From NCBI GenBank assembly GCA_965208735.1, contig CBDBPM010000002.1, positions 3,206,962 through 3,270,961 of the forward strand: a stretch of 64,000 nucleotides of DNA, written 5' to 3'. Shown here piece after piece: positions 52,901-62,640 of this stretch (position 1 is the first letter of the stretch; the number at the start of each line of letters is the position of its first letter). The DNA comes from Candidatus Poribacteria bacterium. Lineage in GTDB: Bacteria > Poribacteria > WGA-4E > WGA-3G. Made by a program: the position numbers and the translations under genes. The notes under the pieces are model-generated. The model saw only the letters and a list, made by a program, of their open reading frames with translations. It searched no databases and was not told the origin of the DNA.

Positions 52901-53020
52901 AACGACCCGAACCGCACCGACGATCCGCAATACATCGTCAAGTTAATCGGCAAAGTCATCACCGTCAGCGTGGAGACAGTGGATATTGTTGACGGCTTAC
53001 CAGCGTTAGAGATGGCGTAA
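49934..53020 (+). CDS. Single-chain restriction-modification enzyme (type IIG / type ISP-like, no helicase domain)
   Basis: N-terminal PD...EAK nuclease-like motif, GIVYTP, DPFVGTGNF (motif I), GNPPY (motif IV), type ISP-like C-terminal specificity region (YRPF, LP.IP). Confidence 0.85.
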   Translation: MPNLNIKTTHKPIKTYYTELEKYAQLGEENEGTVRAAFQNLLQHYCGQSDLTLLCEKSHYTPEKRRITPDGEVVDGFGLPHGYWEAKDTQDDLHVEAGKKFAAGYPSKNIVVQFPTHALLYQHGQLQLDVDITEPRNLVHVLETFFAYQEENIAAWHTAVAEFREIVPELGEKLAALIETERQSNAHFQKVFTGFHEQCQVSINPNLSIAAVEEMLIQHLLTERIFATVFDNRDFTRRNIIAREIENVVDALTERTLNRSEFLRPLNPFYVAIEQTASTITDFSQKQGFLNTVYEQFFQGFSIKVADTHGIVYTPQPIVDFMVKSVEHILQTEFERSMSDTGVHIIDPFVGTGNFIVRIMQALDSIALERKYTADPPELQCNEVMLLPYYIASMNIEHQFFTATNRYLPYEGICLVDTFEMAEGQQMSLFTADNTARVEKQKETDMFVVIGNPPYNMGQVNENDNNRNREYKTMDDRVSDTYAKDSKATLRNKLSDPYVKAIRWASDRIGEEGVVAFVTNNGFLDGIAFDGMRKRLAEEFDAIYILDLGGNVRKNPKLSGTTHNVFGIQVGVSINFFIKKIDNTNSQTQIFYTCVDEFWRKEDKYNHLNSKQHYQNIEWKQITPDKRNTWLTEGLHTEFDTFIPMGSTEAKRSANGGKAIFGTYSLGVVTSRDNLVYSFDLELLQERVGTFIEIYNTAVDQKKRHNPKDPIENFIDTTDARIKWSHRVKQSLKNLAFSDYEASHFRISLYRPFCQQYLYFDHLWNERRYQQYRIFPTPETEIDNRVICVSGVGHDIFRCHISNKIPELKFSNSANGGSQCFPFYTYDEDGTNRRENITDWALAEFRTHYHDDTITKWDIFHYNYGLLHYPDYREKYEANLKRDLPHIPFAKDFWGFSKAGAQLADLHVNYESQSEYDKLKFIQTPDVPLDWRVEKMKLSKDKTQIVYNKFLTLDGIPPKAFDYRLGTRSALDWVIDQYRVKTDKRSRIVNDPNRTDDPQYIVKLIGKVITVSVETVDIVDGLPALEMA

Positions 53021-53793
53021 AAATCGCTATGTTCTCATCGTCTGACAACTAAGTACTGATAACTGAAAACCAACCCCTTGGTAACATTTTTTTCTAAACG
53101 GGACATCACAGAAAAACGCCTATAAACCCACACAGTGACTGGGTTTTCAACCGTTTATGGAAAATTGACAAAAAGCAGAAAAAGATACCATTTGGTATCT
53201 TTTTAAGGAGATTGGTATCTTTTTTCCGTATCGCTGAAAACGTTCTCACAGAATTGAAATCTTGATTTCCGCCTGATAAGGAAAACTTGCTCTTTATACC
53301 CCATAGGGGTGTTATGTCTATAGAAAATTGGACATTCAAGGCACTGCACCCTATAGGGGTGCTATGTGAATAAAAAAGTGGCAACCATAGGTGTCAATTT
53401 TAGAAGCAAACAGCCGTTGCGGTCCCCAGACCCGGTAGGTTCGGTTTCCTAACCGAACCGGATTCTACGCGGAAACCTTGAAGATTTCAAAACCCTCTTC
53501 AGTCCCGTAGGGTTTATTTGCTTGGGTGTTTCTTCACTATGTTTATAGCAGCATGTGGTCAAAAAACACCCAAGCCCTGTAAGGGCGGCGTGTATAGAGA
53601 CTGAAACTTCATGAAACCGGACTACCAGTAAAGTGCGTAAATCCTGTTTATTGAGCGTATGAAAAAATATTATGCACCCTTTGCCCTTAAAAATAGTCTC
53701 TTTAATAATTGGATAATAGTGCCATGCCGACACGCGCGACAGAATGACGGCTTTGAGTCATTGGTCCTAAAATTACGAATCGGAGGAATAGTT

Positions 53794-54777
53794 ATGAGAT
53801 TGAAGTCAATTTTTTCTATCACGCTCTTGATGCTGATGTCTGGAACAATGTCTCCGCTTTTTGCAAAAGCACCGGAAACTGCCAAAATCGTATTCGTATC
53901 AAGGCGTGATGGCAATTTTGAGATTTATATCATGAACCCGGATGGATCTGATCAGACAAACTTAACCCAGCACCGTGCCAAGGATTCCGCCCCTATCTGG
54001 TCGCCGACAGGTGAACAGATTCTTTTCGTCTCGGATCGCGGCGGGGTAGAGGATCTCTACCTTATGGATGCAGATGGAACAAATGTGCGTCAGGTTTTCA
54101 AAAAATTAATAGGCAGAGAGTTTCCAACTTGGTCGCCTGATGGAAAAGCACTCGCGTATCACCGATTTCATACATCCTCTATCTACACCGCCTCAATTGA
54201 CGGAAAAGATGAGACAAAAGTTGCGGATGGCTTATGGCCCGCGTGGTCTCCTAACGGTTCTGAAATAGCCTTTATGGCAGCCAAGTTCGTTTGGGCTGAA
54301 AACGGAAATCTCCAAGCACCGAACATCAGGGTCGAGATTATTAATCTACGAACGCATGTAGAAGAGAAGCTTCTTCCGGGGAAGATTGGGATGTTTGACC
54401 CAACTTGGGCACCCGATAGTACGCAGATAGCCTTTTCTTGGAGAGGTAGGCACGAGATAGGAGCCACTATGGGTATCTATGTTGTGAATCGAGATGGTAG
54501 TGGACTCAGAGAGATTATTGATGCCGAAGATGCCGTCGCGTCAGCGTTTAACTCTACCTGGTCACCGGACGGGAATGAACTCATTTACAACAAGCGGATT
54601 GGTGGCGTCAGAGACCTCTTCAAAGTCGCTTTGGACGGCGGTGTTCCAGAACGACTCACACACCGACAGGGTGATAACTTCAACTCGGATTGGTTTGATC
54701 CGACGTATGCGTTGCCGGTATCGCCGCAGCCAGCGTTGCTAACGACGACCTGGGGAGAACTGAAATTGGAGAAATAG
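53794..54777 (+). CDS. Exported TolB-like (PD40) beta-propeller protein with TTTWGELK tail
   Basis: Signal peptide; P.WSPDG repeats; ends [21 protein letters not shown]. Confidence 0.88.
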   Translation: MRLKSIFSITLLMLMSGTMSPLFAKAPETAKIVFVSRRDGNFEIYIMNPDGSDQTNLTQHRAKDSAPIWSPTGEQILFVSDRGGVEDLYLMDADGTNVRQVFKKLIGREFPTWSPDGKALAYHRFHTSSIYTASIDGKDETKVADGLWPAWSPNGSEIAFMAAKFVWAENGNLQAPNIRVEIINLRTHVEEKLLPGKIGMFDPTWAPDSTQIAFSWRGRHEIGATMGIYVVNRDGSGLREIIDAEDAVASAFNSTWSPDGNELIYNKRIGGVRDLFKVALDGGVPERLTHRQGDNFNSDWFDPTYALPVSPQPALLTTTWGELKLEK

Positions 54778-54779
54778 TC

Positions 54780-55805
54780 ATGAGATTACTATTGATTTTT
54801 TCTATCATCCTCTTGATGCTGATATGTGGAACGATAGGTTTGGTTTTTGCGGAAGCCCCGACAAGGCCGAAAATCCTGTTCACGTCTACCCGGGATGGGA
54901 ATTATGAAGTGTACGTGATGAACCTGGACGGCTCCGAACAGGTGAACTTGACCCAACATCCGCGCGAGGATCTGAGTGCTGTCTGGTCGCCGACGGGTGA
55001 TAAAATTCTGTTCGTCTCAAATAGACAAGGCACGCGTGTGCGAGACCTGTATCTGATGGATCCTGATGGCTCGAATGTCCGTCGCGTCTTCAAGAAAAAA
55101 GCAAAGGGTCGGAGAGGAAGTCCGGCATGGTCTCCGGATGGCAAACAGTTTGTTTACAGGTACACGGACTGGGATCGTTGGGAGTTCGGTCTGTATCTTG
55201 GGACGTTTGGCGAAGAAGATGCCGAGCTTCTCCCGTCTGGGAATTCCCCGGAATGGTCTCCTGACGGTTCCGAAATCGCATGCTCTAAACCTCACCCACC
55301 ACGGGGGTATCAACTTGCATTTATTAACGTTGACACATGGGAGGCGGAGCAACCTCTACCCATGAAAGTAATACAATGGCAATTCGATCCGTCCTGGTCT
55401 GCTGCAGGCGATAGACTTGCCTTTGCAGGGAACAAACATCCGTTGCCAGTCATCTTGGATCGGGATCTGCACAACGCATGGAAGAACAAACAGACGATCT
55501 ACATCGTCAATCGCGACGGCACGGGTCTGCGTCAACTTGTCGAGGAAGCCGGTCCCTATGCGGCGACACCGGTGTTATCGCCAGACGGATCGGAAGTGCT
55601 TTATACACAGGAGATTAATGGACATTCCCAAATCTTCAAATTAGATATCAACAGCGGGGTTCGGACGCAGTTGACGCATCTTGGGCGGAATACTGGGGCT
55701 GATTGGTTTGATCCGACGTATGCGTTGCCAGTATCGCCGCAGCCAGCGTTGCTAACGACGACCTGGGGGAAACTGAAAACGGAGAATCCGGATGGTAGAA
55801 AATGA
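54780..55805 (+). CDS. Exported TolB-like (PD40) beta-propeller protein with TTTWGKLK tail
   Basis: As above; 3' ~70 bp nearly identical to the preceding gene. Confidence 0.88.
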   Translation: MRLLLIFSIILLMLICGTIGLVFAEAPTRPKILFTSTRDGNYEVYVMNLDGSEQVNLTQHPREDLSAVWSPTGDKILFVSNRQGTRVRDLYLMDPDGSNVRRVFKKKAKGRRGSPAWSPDGKQFVYRYTDWDRWEFGLYLGTFGEEDAELLPSGNSPEWSPDGSEIACSKPHPPRGYQLAFINVDTWEAEQPLPMKVIQWQFDPSWSAAGDRLAFAGNKHPLPVILDRDLHNAWKNKQTIYIVNRDGTGLRQLVEEAGPYAATPVLSPDGSEVLYTQEINGHSQIFKLDINSGVRTQLTHLGRNTGADWFDPTYALPVSPQPALLTTTWGKLKTENPDGRK

Positions 55806-57903
55806 TGTTCAATTAATCCAGAGAACCTTAGCAGGTGATGAGGCGGCGTTCACTGCTTTAGTCCGAAAATACCAAAAAGGCGTTCACGCACTCGCGTGGC
55901 GGAAAGTTGGCGATTTTCACATCGCTGAAGAGATTACGCAAGATACCTTCCTCCAAGTCCACAAAAAACTCACTACACTGCAAAACCCCAGCCAGTTTGC
56001 GGGGTGGTTATATGTAATTACGAATCGGATGTGCATCAGATGGTTCAAAAATAAAAAACCGACAATGCTATCACTGGAAAAAACATCGCGGACAGAGGTA
56101 GACCAATCTTCTTATAAACTTTATGTAGCGGAGCAACGCGAGACGAAAGCCGCGGAACATCGCTACGAAATCGTTAAGGAACTACTGAAAAAACTGCCCG
56201 AAAGTGAACGTACCGTCGTAACGCTCCACTATCTTGGCGAGATGACAGCGAAGGAGATTGGCAACTTCTTAGGCGTATCCGCGAACACGATTAAGAGTCG
56301 GCTGCAGCGGGCGCGAAAGCGTCTATAAGCGCAGAACGGGGAACCCTTGGTGCGTGAAGTGCTTGGGAGTGTGCAATTTCCTACTCATCTAACAGAGAAT
56401 ATCATGCGGCACGTCTCCGATATGCAACTGACACCGCCGCAGGTCGGGAAACCGTTGCTACCGTGGGCGGCTTTTGGCGCGGCTGTGCTTTTGATCGTTT
56501 TGATGCTCGGTACGCATAACCAGTATCTCGCGCGATTCCAGCAGCCATATAGTTTTGAAGCACAATCTGAATCGACGGTTGAAATCGTTGATGCACCGAT
56601 CAGGCTTCATCTTCTTTCCAAACCGGCTGTCCGAAATCAGGTCGGACGAGCTGCTACCCCTACTAAAAACATCGGAACCGGTTTACAGACTTCTGAGACG
56701 GCTGTCGCAACCCCGACAACGGCGGATTTCCGCGCTACATTCTCGACCGCGCCGTGGACACAGATGGGCGGACCACCAGGCGGATTCGTGTTTGACATCT
56801 TTGAGACATCTAAAAAGACACTCTACGTTCATTCGTCAATGGGTATCTACAGATTGCCAGCTGGTGCAACTGTCTGGACACCCGTAAACGTCAATATTCC
56901 AAACAGGGTGTTCCGAGTCCCTATAGCAGAGCATGCAGACACCCTCTATATCGTCGCTGCCGATGAACTATTGGCTTCAACCGATGATGGCGAGACGTGG
57001 CACGCGTTAGGAACTCGACCCGAAGGGAATCTTGCTGAACTCATCGTGGTAGATGCAGCAGATAGACGCAACGCACACAAGACTGTTACAATGTATCTCG
57101 CACTTTCGGATAACGGCATCTTCCGATCTACCGATGCCGGAAAACGCTGGACACCCGTGAACAACGGGTTGACAGACAAGAAGATTTACAAGCTTGCTGC
57201 AGTTAGAAACACGGTATTCACCGGTACAGACAGAGGCCTCTACCGCCTCAACGCCGATGTTTGGGAACAGTTACCCGTAGATACAGCCAGAGTCGTACAC
57301 GAATTGGTGGCCTTTGAAGATAATCTATATGTCGGAACAGGTCGCGAAGCTGAGGATCAAATGCGACTTGATCCCTCACGGGCAGGCAGAATTTTCAAAT
57401 CAAACGATCTTGGAACGTCGTGGACCGAGATAACGCCTACAGACAAAAATTATCCCTTTATAGCAGCATCTGCTATGGCAATGGCTGTTAAAGGCGAAAC
57501 GATCTTAGCACGCGGTCTCAGGCTATTTTGTTCAAAAGATGACGGGATAACCTGGACAAATCTTGGAGCTACCTCAAACACCTTTGCCTATTTAGCAGTC
57601 GATGAAAATACCTTTTACGAAACCGGAATCTACGGTCTCTACCGCACAACCGACGCGGGTGAATCGTGGCATCATTTTATGGAAGGCATGATCGGCACTG
57701 GCGTACAAGATGTCGTGGTGTTCAATGATAGACTCTACGTACAGACCGACAACGATATTGTTCAATCAGATGACAACGGCACATCTTGGACAACCGTTGA
57801 GATGGAGGCACCTAAACGCGTATCTAACTCGGAAAGGATAAATCTGCTTAACAAAGGCACTCTGGATGTGCATTCAAAATTTGTCATTGTCGGTAACCTT
57901 CTT

Positions 57904-58993
57904 TAGGACTTACGCAATGAATTAAAATGTGTTATAGTTTTTAATTATGATGAGCATGAATCTTTCTGAAAAGAGACAACCGCTGTTCTCGGATTATTGC
58001 CAATTTTTGTTAGCCGGTTTTCAGAACTTCACACAGACACACTTTGCCAATCATACGGAGAAATGGAGCCATGATCAACTCAATCGTCTCCTGAATACCG
58101 AACGTATCCCTGCCCGTGAACTCTGGCGTTCGGTGCGAAACGATATTGAGTTTGATGAAGACGGATACGTTCTTTTTGATGATACCGTCATGCCAAAACC
58201 TTATGCGAAACAGATAGAACCTGTTCGCCGGCAGTGGAGTGGCTCCGAAAAACGTGTCATCCAAGGCATCGGTCTCGTGACATGTGTCTATGTCAATCCG
58301 AAGACGCATCAGTATTGGATTATTGATTACCGTATCTATGATCCAGACCGAGACGCGAAAACCAAACTTCAACACCTTCAGGAGATGTTGCAGAACGCCT
58401 ACTTCGTGAAAAATCTCCCGTTTCGGGTCGTGTTAGTAGATTCTTGGTATGCTTCAATGGCAGTGCTAAAAACGATTCAGAGTCTCTCAAAAATCTATTA
58501 TGCTCCCTTGAAACGCAATCGTCTCGTCAATGACACTGAGGGTGTTGACCCGCACAAACGGATAGATGATCTGACGTGGACAGAATCAGAGTTGCGACAG
58601 GGTAAACGTGTTCATATCTACAAGTTTCCGAAAGGCCACCAAGTGAAGTTGTTTCGGATAGCGTCCGGCACCAGACGCACGGAATATATTGCCACCAACG
58701 ATTTATCTCAATCGGATGTGACTGCGACGCAGCAAGAATGTCGCGTTCGTTGGAAGATTGAGCAACTTCATCGTGAGCTCAAGCAAACGACAGGTATCAG
58801 CAAGTGCCAAAGTCGTCAACATCGTGGACAACGCAATCATATTGCCTGTTGTTTGTGGGTCTGGGTCAGTTTGACGCGTGCTGCGCGCACGACGGGTCAA
58901 ACGATTTACCGCCTGAAAGAAAGTTTATACGAGGACTATCTGCGACGAGAGATCAAAAAGCCTTCTATTGTCGTCAACTTTGCGTAAGTCCTA
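57904..58993 (+). mobile_element. IS701-family insertion sequence, copy 2 (1090 bp)
   Basis: Same terminal repeats; CTTCTT target duplication (57898-57903, 58994-58999). Confidence 0.93.
57947..58987 (+). CDS. IS701-family DDE transposase
   Basis: Protein identical to 3951..4991. Confidence 0.9.
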   Translation: MMSMNLSEKRQPLFSDYCQFLLAGFQNFTQTHFANHTEKWSHDQLNRLLNTERIPARELWRSVRNDIEFDEDGYVLFDDTVMPKPYAKQIEPVRRQWSGSEKRVIQGIGLVTCVYVNPKTHQYWIIDYRIYDPDRDAKTKLQHLQEMLQNAYFVKNLPFRVVLVDSWYASMAVLKTIQSLSKIYYAPLKRNRLVNDTEGVDPHKRIDDLTWTESELRQGKRVHIYKFPKGHQVKLFRIASGTRRTEYIATNDLSQSDVTATQQECRVRWKIEQLHRELKQTTGISKCQSRQHRGQRNHIACCLWVWVSLTRAARTTGQTIYRLKESLYEDYLRREIKKPSIVVNFA

Positions 58994-59897
58994 CTTCTTT
59001 ATACAATTGTCCCTGAGCCAGACAACCTACGTATCTCCTATTTATCCGCCGATGGCAATACGTTCGTTCCAGTTCAAGGGGTCCCTATTTTGGGTGAGAA
59101 AGATCTCTCCACTGCTGTGTTGAAAGAGATCGCAGAAGCACAAGGCATTCACTTTTCGGGTAATCAGAAAAGCGATCGTAATTTACTACATAAATTGCGT
59201 GTTACTGAAGACCATAGGAAAGTCGGCGCGTTTGCAGTCAGCGGTGGAACATTCTATGTGGAATACAAGCGGAAACTTTTCAAGTGGAAACCCGGCGATC
59301 CTGAATGGAAAAATACCGGATTAATCGATACCGGTCCGCATGCGAATGACGGTTCAAAAAGCGGGTTTAAATTGGCAATCTCAGCGGAAACCGTCTACGT
59401 CGGTAAGCGAGATGGCAGGCTATTCCAGTCGCTTGATGACGGCGACAGTTGGCGCGACATTACACCGAGCCTGCCCCTGCGTTTTACCCAGTTCAAGGAG
59501 ATCGTCTTTGTCGATTCAACGGCTTACGTCGCAACGGACAGGGGTATTTTAACTTCACAAACCGGCGCATATTGGCGTGTACTGACCGATAGCGCGGGCG
59601 AGCGTATCCTCATAGACACCTTCGCTGTTGATGGTACCACAATTTATGGTGCCGGTAATGCCGGTGTCTATCGTTTAGATGACCGTAGACAATCGGAGCA
59701 AATTTTTCCAAGTGTTCCTGATAAGGTCTTATCTCTCGTTGTTAAGAACGACACACTTTATATTATCACCAAAGGCAGCGGGATGTTTCAGATTCCCGTT
59801 GAAGGAGAAGGGCAGAGTTTAGTTCGCAAATAGGCATAATTCCGTGATTTTGCGTAAGTCCTATGAGTGTTCGCTTAGAACTGAGGTGACAAATGCT

Positions 59898-60644
59898 ATG
59901 AAATTTCTAATTATTGTAACAGTTCTGTCTTTATCTCCTGTATCTGTTTTTGCAGGTACATTTCTGGATACCTTTGAGGACGGAAATTTGGACGGATGGC
60001 GGGAAGTTGTTCCGTGGGATAGGGAGCCGGGGTCTTGGGAGATTGTTGCTGGTGGACTTCACGGGGCAGTTCATGATGGGTATCCGCGTCTATTCACAAC
60101 TGGGGATGATACGTGGAAGGATTATACAGTCGAATTTGATGTCAGGCCCCTTAAAAAGCACGGTCGTCCAACTATTTCGATTGCGGCGCGGATTCAGGAG
60201 AAATGGTTGGTGGAGTGCAGTCTTATGGAACCAGTAGTTGTGTTGCCTGGTGGTGCCAATGCACCTGAAAAAGGTTGGGTGTTTTGTTCCGCTGGCAATT
60301 TGCACCGTGCAAAAGCTGATCTGCTTTTCTTTGACCCGCATCCACTTTTAAAATTAAACAGATGGGCACACTTCAAGTTAAGCGTTGAAGGCGATATCTT
60401 CACCTTCTGGATTAATGGTGAGCTGGTGATGGAACCTACGGAACTTCGTATTATTAGGAACCGTGAAGGCTTTGAGGACTTTCCTGAGTTTCAGACCGGG
60501 GGTGTCGGTATCGGTCTCTCGAATTATACGGCGCGCTTTGATAACGTCACTGTTACAGGGGATAGCATTCCCGACAGCGGCGCGTTCGCCGTAACGCCCC
60601 CAGGAAAACTTGCGACAACCTGGGGAAACTTGAAAAAATTTTAG
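59898..60644 (+). CDS. Exported DUF1080/lectin-like protein with KLATTWGNLK tail
   Basis: Signal peptide; TTGDDTW.DYT..FDV; W.H.KL; GGVG.G...FDN. Confidence 0.8.
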   Translation: MKFLIIVTVLSLSPVSVFAGTFLDTFEDGNLDGWREVVPWDREPGSWEIVAGGLHGAVHDGYPRLFTTGDDTWKDYTVEFDVRPLKKHGRPTISIAARIQEKWLVECSLMEPVVVLPGGANAPEKGWVFCSAGNLHRAKADLLFFDPHPLLKLNRWAHFKLSVEGDIFTFWINGELVMEPTELRIIRNREGFEDFPEFQTGGVGIGLSNYTARFDNVTVTGDSIPDSGAFAVTPPGKLATTWGNLKKF

Positions 60645-60678
60645 CGTTAACAGCGATAGCATCAAAAGGAGAATTATT

Positions 60679-61422
60679 ATGAAATCTGTGATGATTGTAG
60701 CCATCCTTTTCCTCCTACCTCTTTCTGTGTGGGCAGGCACGTTTTTAGAAACCTTTGATGGCAAAGAGTTGGACGGATGGCAGCAAATTTGGGCGGATAA
60801 GGGACCCGCTGTCTGGGAAATTGTTGATGATGAACTGCACGCAGAAAGTCGTGAGGCGTATATTCATTTACTCACAACTGGGGATGACACGTGGGAAGAC
60901 TATACTATGGCGTTTGATGTCAAACCCGTGAAAAAACACGGTATTGGCGGTATCTCGATCGCTGTGCGGGTTGATGGAAATTGGTTAGTTTACTGCAGTA
61001 TTTATGATCCCGTGATTATAAGGGGTGATGATCCCCCGTTTCAAGAGAGACGAATAGGTTGTCACGCTGCCGGTTTGCACCTGCCACCACATGTTATCCT
61101 TATCACTGAACCGCACCCACTTTTAAGATTAAACAGATGGTCCCATCTGAAGTTAAGTGCTGAAGGCGATATCTTTACCTTCTGGATTGATGGTGAGCAG
61201 GTCATGGCACCGACGCAACTGCGAATCTTCAGGCAGCAGATTGATGTCTTTGCTGATTTTCCCGATTTTCAGACCGGGGGTGTCGGTTTTGGTCTCTGGA
61301 ACTATACGGCAATCTTTGATAACATCACTGTCACGGGGGATAGCGTTCCCAACAGCGGTGATTTCGCCGTAACACCCCAAGAAAAACTGGCGACAACTTG
61401 GGGACACTTGAAGAAATTTTAG
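60679..61422 (+). CDS. Exported DUF1080/lectin-like protein, tandem paralog
   Basis: Aligns along its length with the preceding ORF; ends KLATTWGHLKKF. Confidence 0.8.
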   Translation: MKSVMIVAILFLLPLSVWAGTFLETFDGKELDGWQQIWADKGPAVWEIVDDELHAESREAYIHLLTTGDDTWEDYTMAFDVKPVKKHGIGGISIAVRVDGNWLVYCSIYDPVIIRGDDPPFQERRIGCHAAGLHLPPHVILITEPHPLLRLNRWSHLKLSAEGDIFTFWIDGEQVMAPTQLRIFRQQIDVFADFPDFQTGGVGFGLWNYTAIFDNITVTGDSVPNSGDFAVTPQEKLATTWGHLKKF

Positions 61423-62155
61423 ATACCTAATTTATTGGAGAATCTAAAAATGAAACGGACCTATACAGTCTTTGGCATAGCACTACTGCTGAGTCTATTT
61501 CTTTTCAGCATAAATGCTTGGGCGGATACATATATTTCCTTCAGTTCCAATCGAACTGGGAACTCTGACATCTATGTCATGGATATATTTGGAAACAATC
61601 TACGCAACTTGACGAATCACCCCGCTTATGATGGTGACGTAACATGGTCACCGGACGGGGATTCTTTCGCTTTTGTGTCGAACCGGGATGGACACCGCGA
61701 TATCTACATTATGGATGTTGATGGGGTAGAAACTCGACGATTGACAGATCATCCAGAGGAGGCTACCCAACCTGACTGGTCGCCTGATGGACATTGGATC
61801 GTATTCACATCGGACAGAGCGAGCAGAGAAAACTATGATATCTACAAAATAAATGTTAACGGTAGAAATCTACAACGGCTCACTAACAATAGAGCATACG
61901 ATATGAGCCCGGTATGGTCGCCAGACGGGAAACAGATTGCTTTCTCTTCGCATCGCGATGGAAGTTGGGGTATCTTTGTGATGAATGCCAACGGGAAACA
62001 TCTTAGACGCGTTACACAAGCAGAGGTTGGAGGGATATCTCCGAGCTGGTCGCCAGACGGGAAACAGATTGCTTATCCAATTCTTCGGTGTCAAAACCCC
62101 CTTGCTTTAGCTGGGGGATGTAGACACCGCCTCCTATATTGTGCTAAAAAAACAC

Positions 62156-62184
62156 TTGACTTTTGGTCTAAAATTTTGTATGAT
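62156..62184 (+). promoter_or_regulatory. Sigma70 promoter inside the element
   Basis: TTGACT-17-TATGAT. Confidence 0.8.
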
Positions 62185-62190
62185 ATTACT

Positions 62191-62640
62191 ATCTACGGGT
62201 TAGGATACGCGACTTTCAGTTTAACTCTGATTGATCCTAACCACCCCTTCGCGGGGGTTGCGTAGACGTAGAACCGAAGCTACAAAAAGGACACATTAAA
62301 CTACCTTGAAATATAGGCAATCCCCAAATCTTGCGAGGTTTGGATGTCCAAGTTCTGACGTAGGAAATACCTACCAGAAGTATCGGTCGCTTCCGACGGT
62401 TTCAGGAAGTTTCCGTAGTGTGCTAAATGGTCACACTTCCATTCAAGAGTGTTGACAGCATGACCCGCACCTTGTTTTCGCGAACATGTTGCCTTAGCTT
62501 AGACCTAAGGAATCTACCTATAAGGTAGTCAGATGGCCCCATACCGTTAAACCTCATGTGGAAGTGATGGTAAAGGTTGAGAAACTCGCTTGGGAGTTCT
62601 TTCAAAGAATCCCCCAAGCTTCAGCTGGGGGAGCGGTCAA
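62191..62640 (+). ncRNA. Candidate ~450-nt highly structured RNA carried by the element
   Basis: More than 10 helices starting at the predicted transcription start; G-U wobbles favour the + strand; no credible ORF. Confidence 0.65.

Larger units (their letters stand above)
55792..59833 (+). pseudogene. ECF sigma factor-transmembrane-beta-propeller fusion, broken by an in-frame TAA (56326-56328) and by IS701 copy 2
   Basis: Sigma2/sigma4 motifs (AEEITQDTF, F.GWLY.I, IKSRL.RARKRL); frame continues past the TAA into 56347; removing the IS plus one CTTCTT restores GNLL-YTIVPE in frame with 59090. Confidence 0.85.
62077..62640 (+). mobile_element. Non-autonomous IS200/IS605 (IS608-like) element without transposase or TnpB
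   Basis: Inserted 3' of TTAT with no duplication; left end AAAA-CCCCCTTGCTTTAGCTGGGGG hairpin; right end GAAT-CCCCCAAGCTTCAGCTGGGGG-AGCGG-TCAA. Confidence 0.88.

Noticed and set aside
56326-56328. Recoding at the ECF sigma stop codon
   Set aside because: The codon is TAA, not TGA or TAG, and is not at a Cys position; a nonsense mutation is simpler.
62423-62617. 64-aa minus-strand ORF inside the element
   Set aside because: No HUH/Y1 or RuvC/zinc-finger motifs, and antisense to the internal promoter.
62077-62640. Canonical IStron (group I intron) or group II intron reading of the insert
   Set aside because: The insert ends in A, not the omega-G; I could not find group I core sequences; it does not start with GUGYG. 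Non-canonical splicing is untested.
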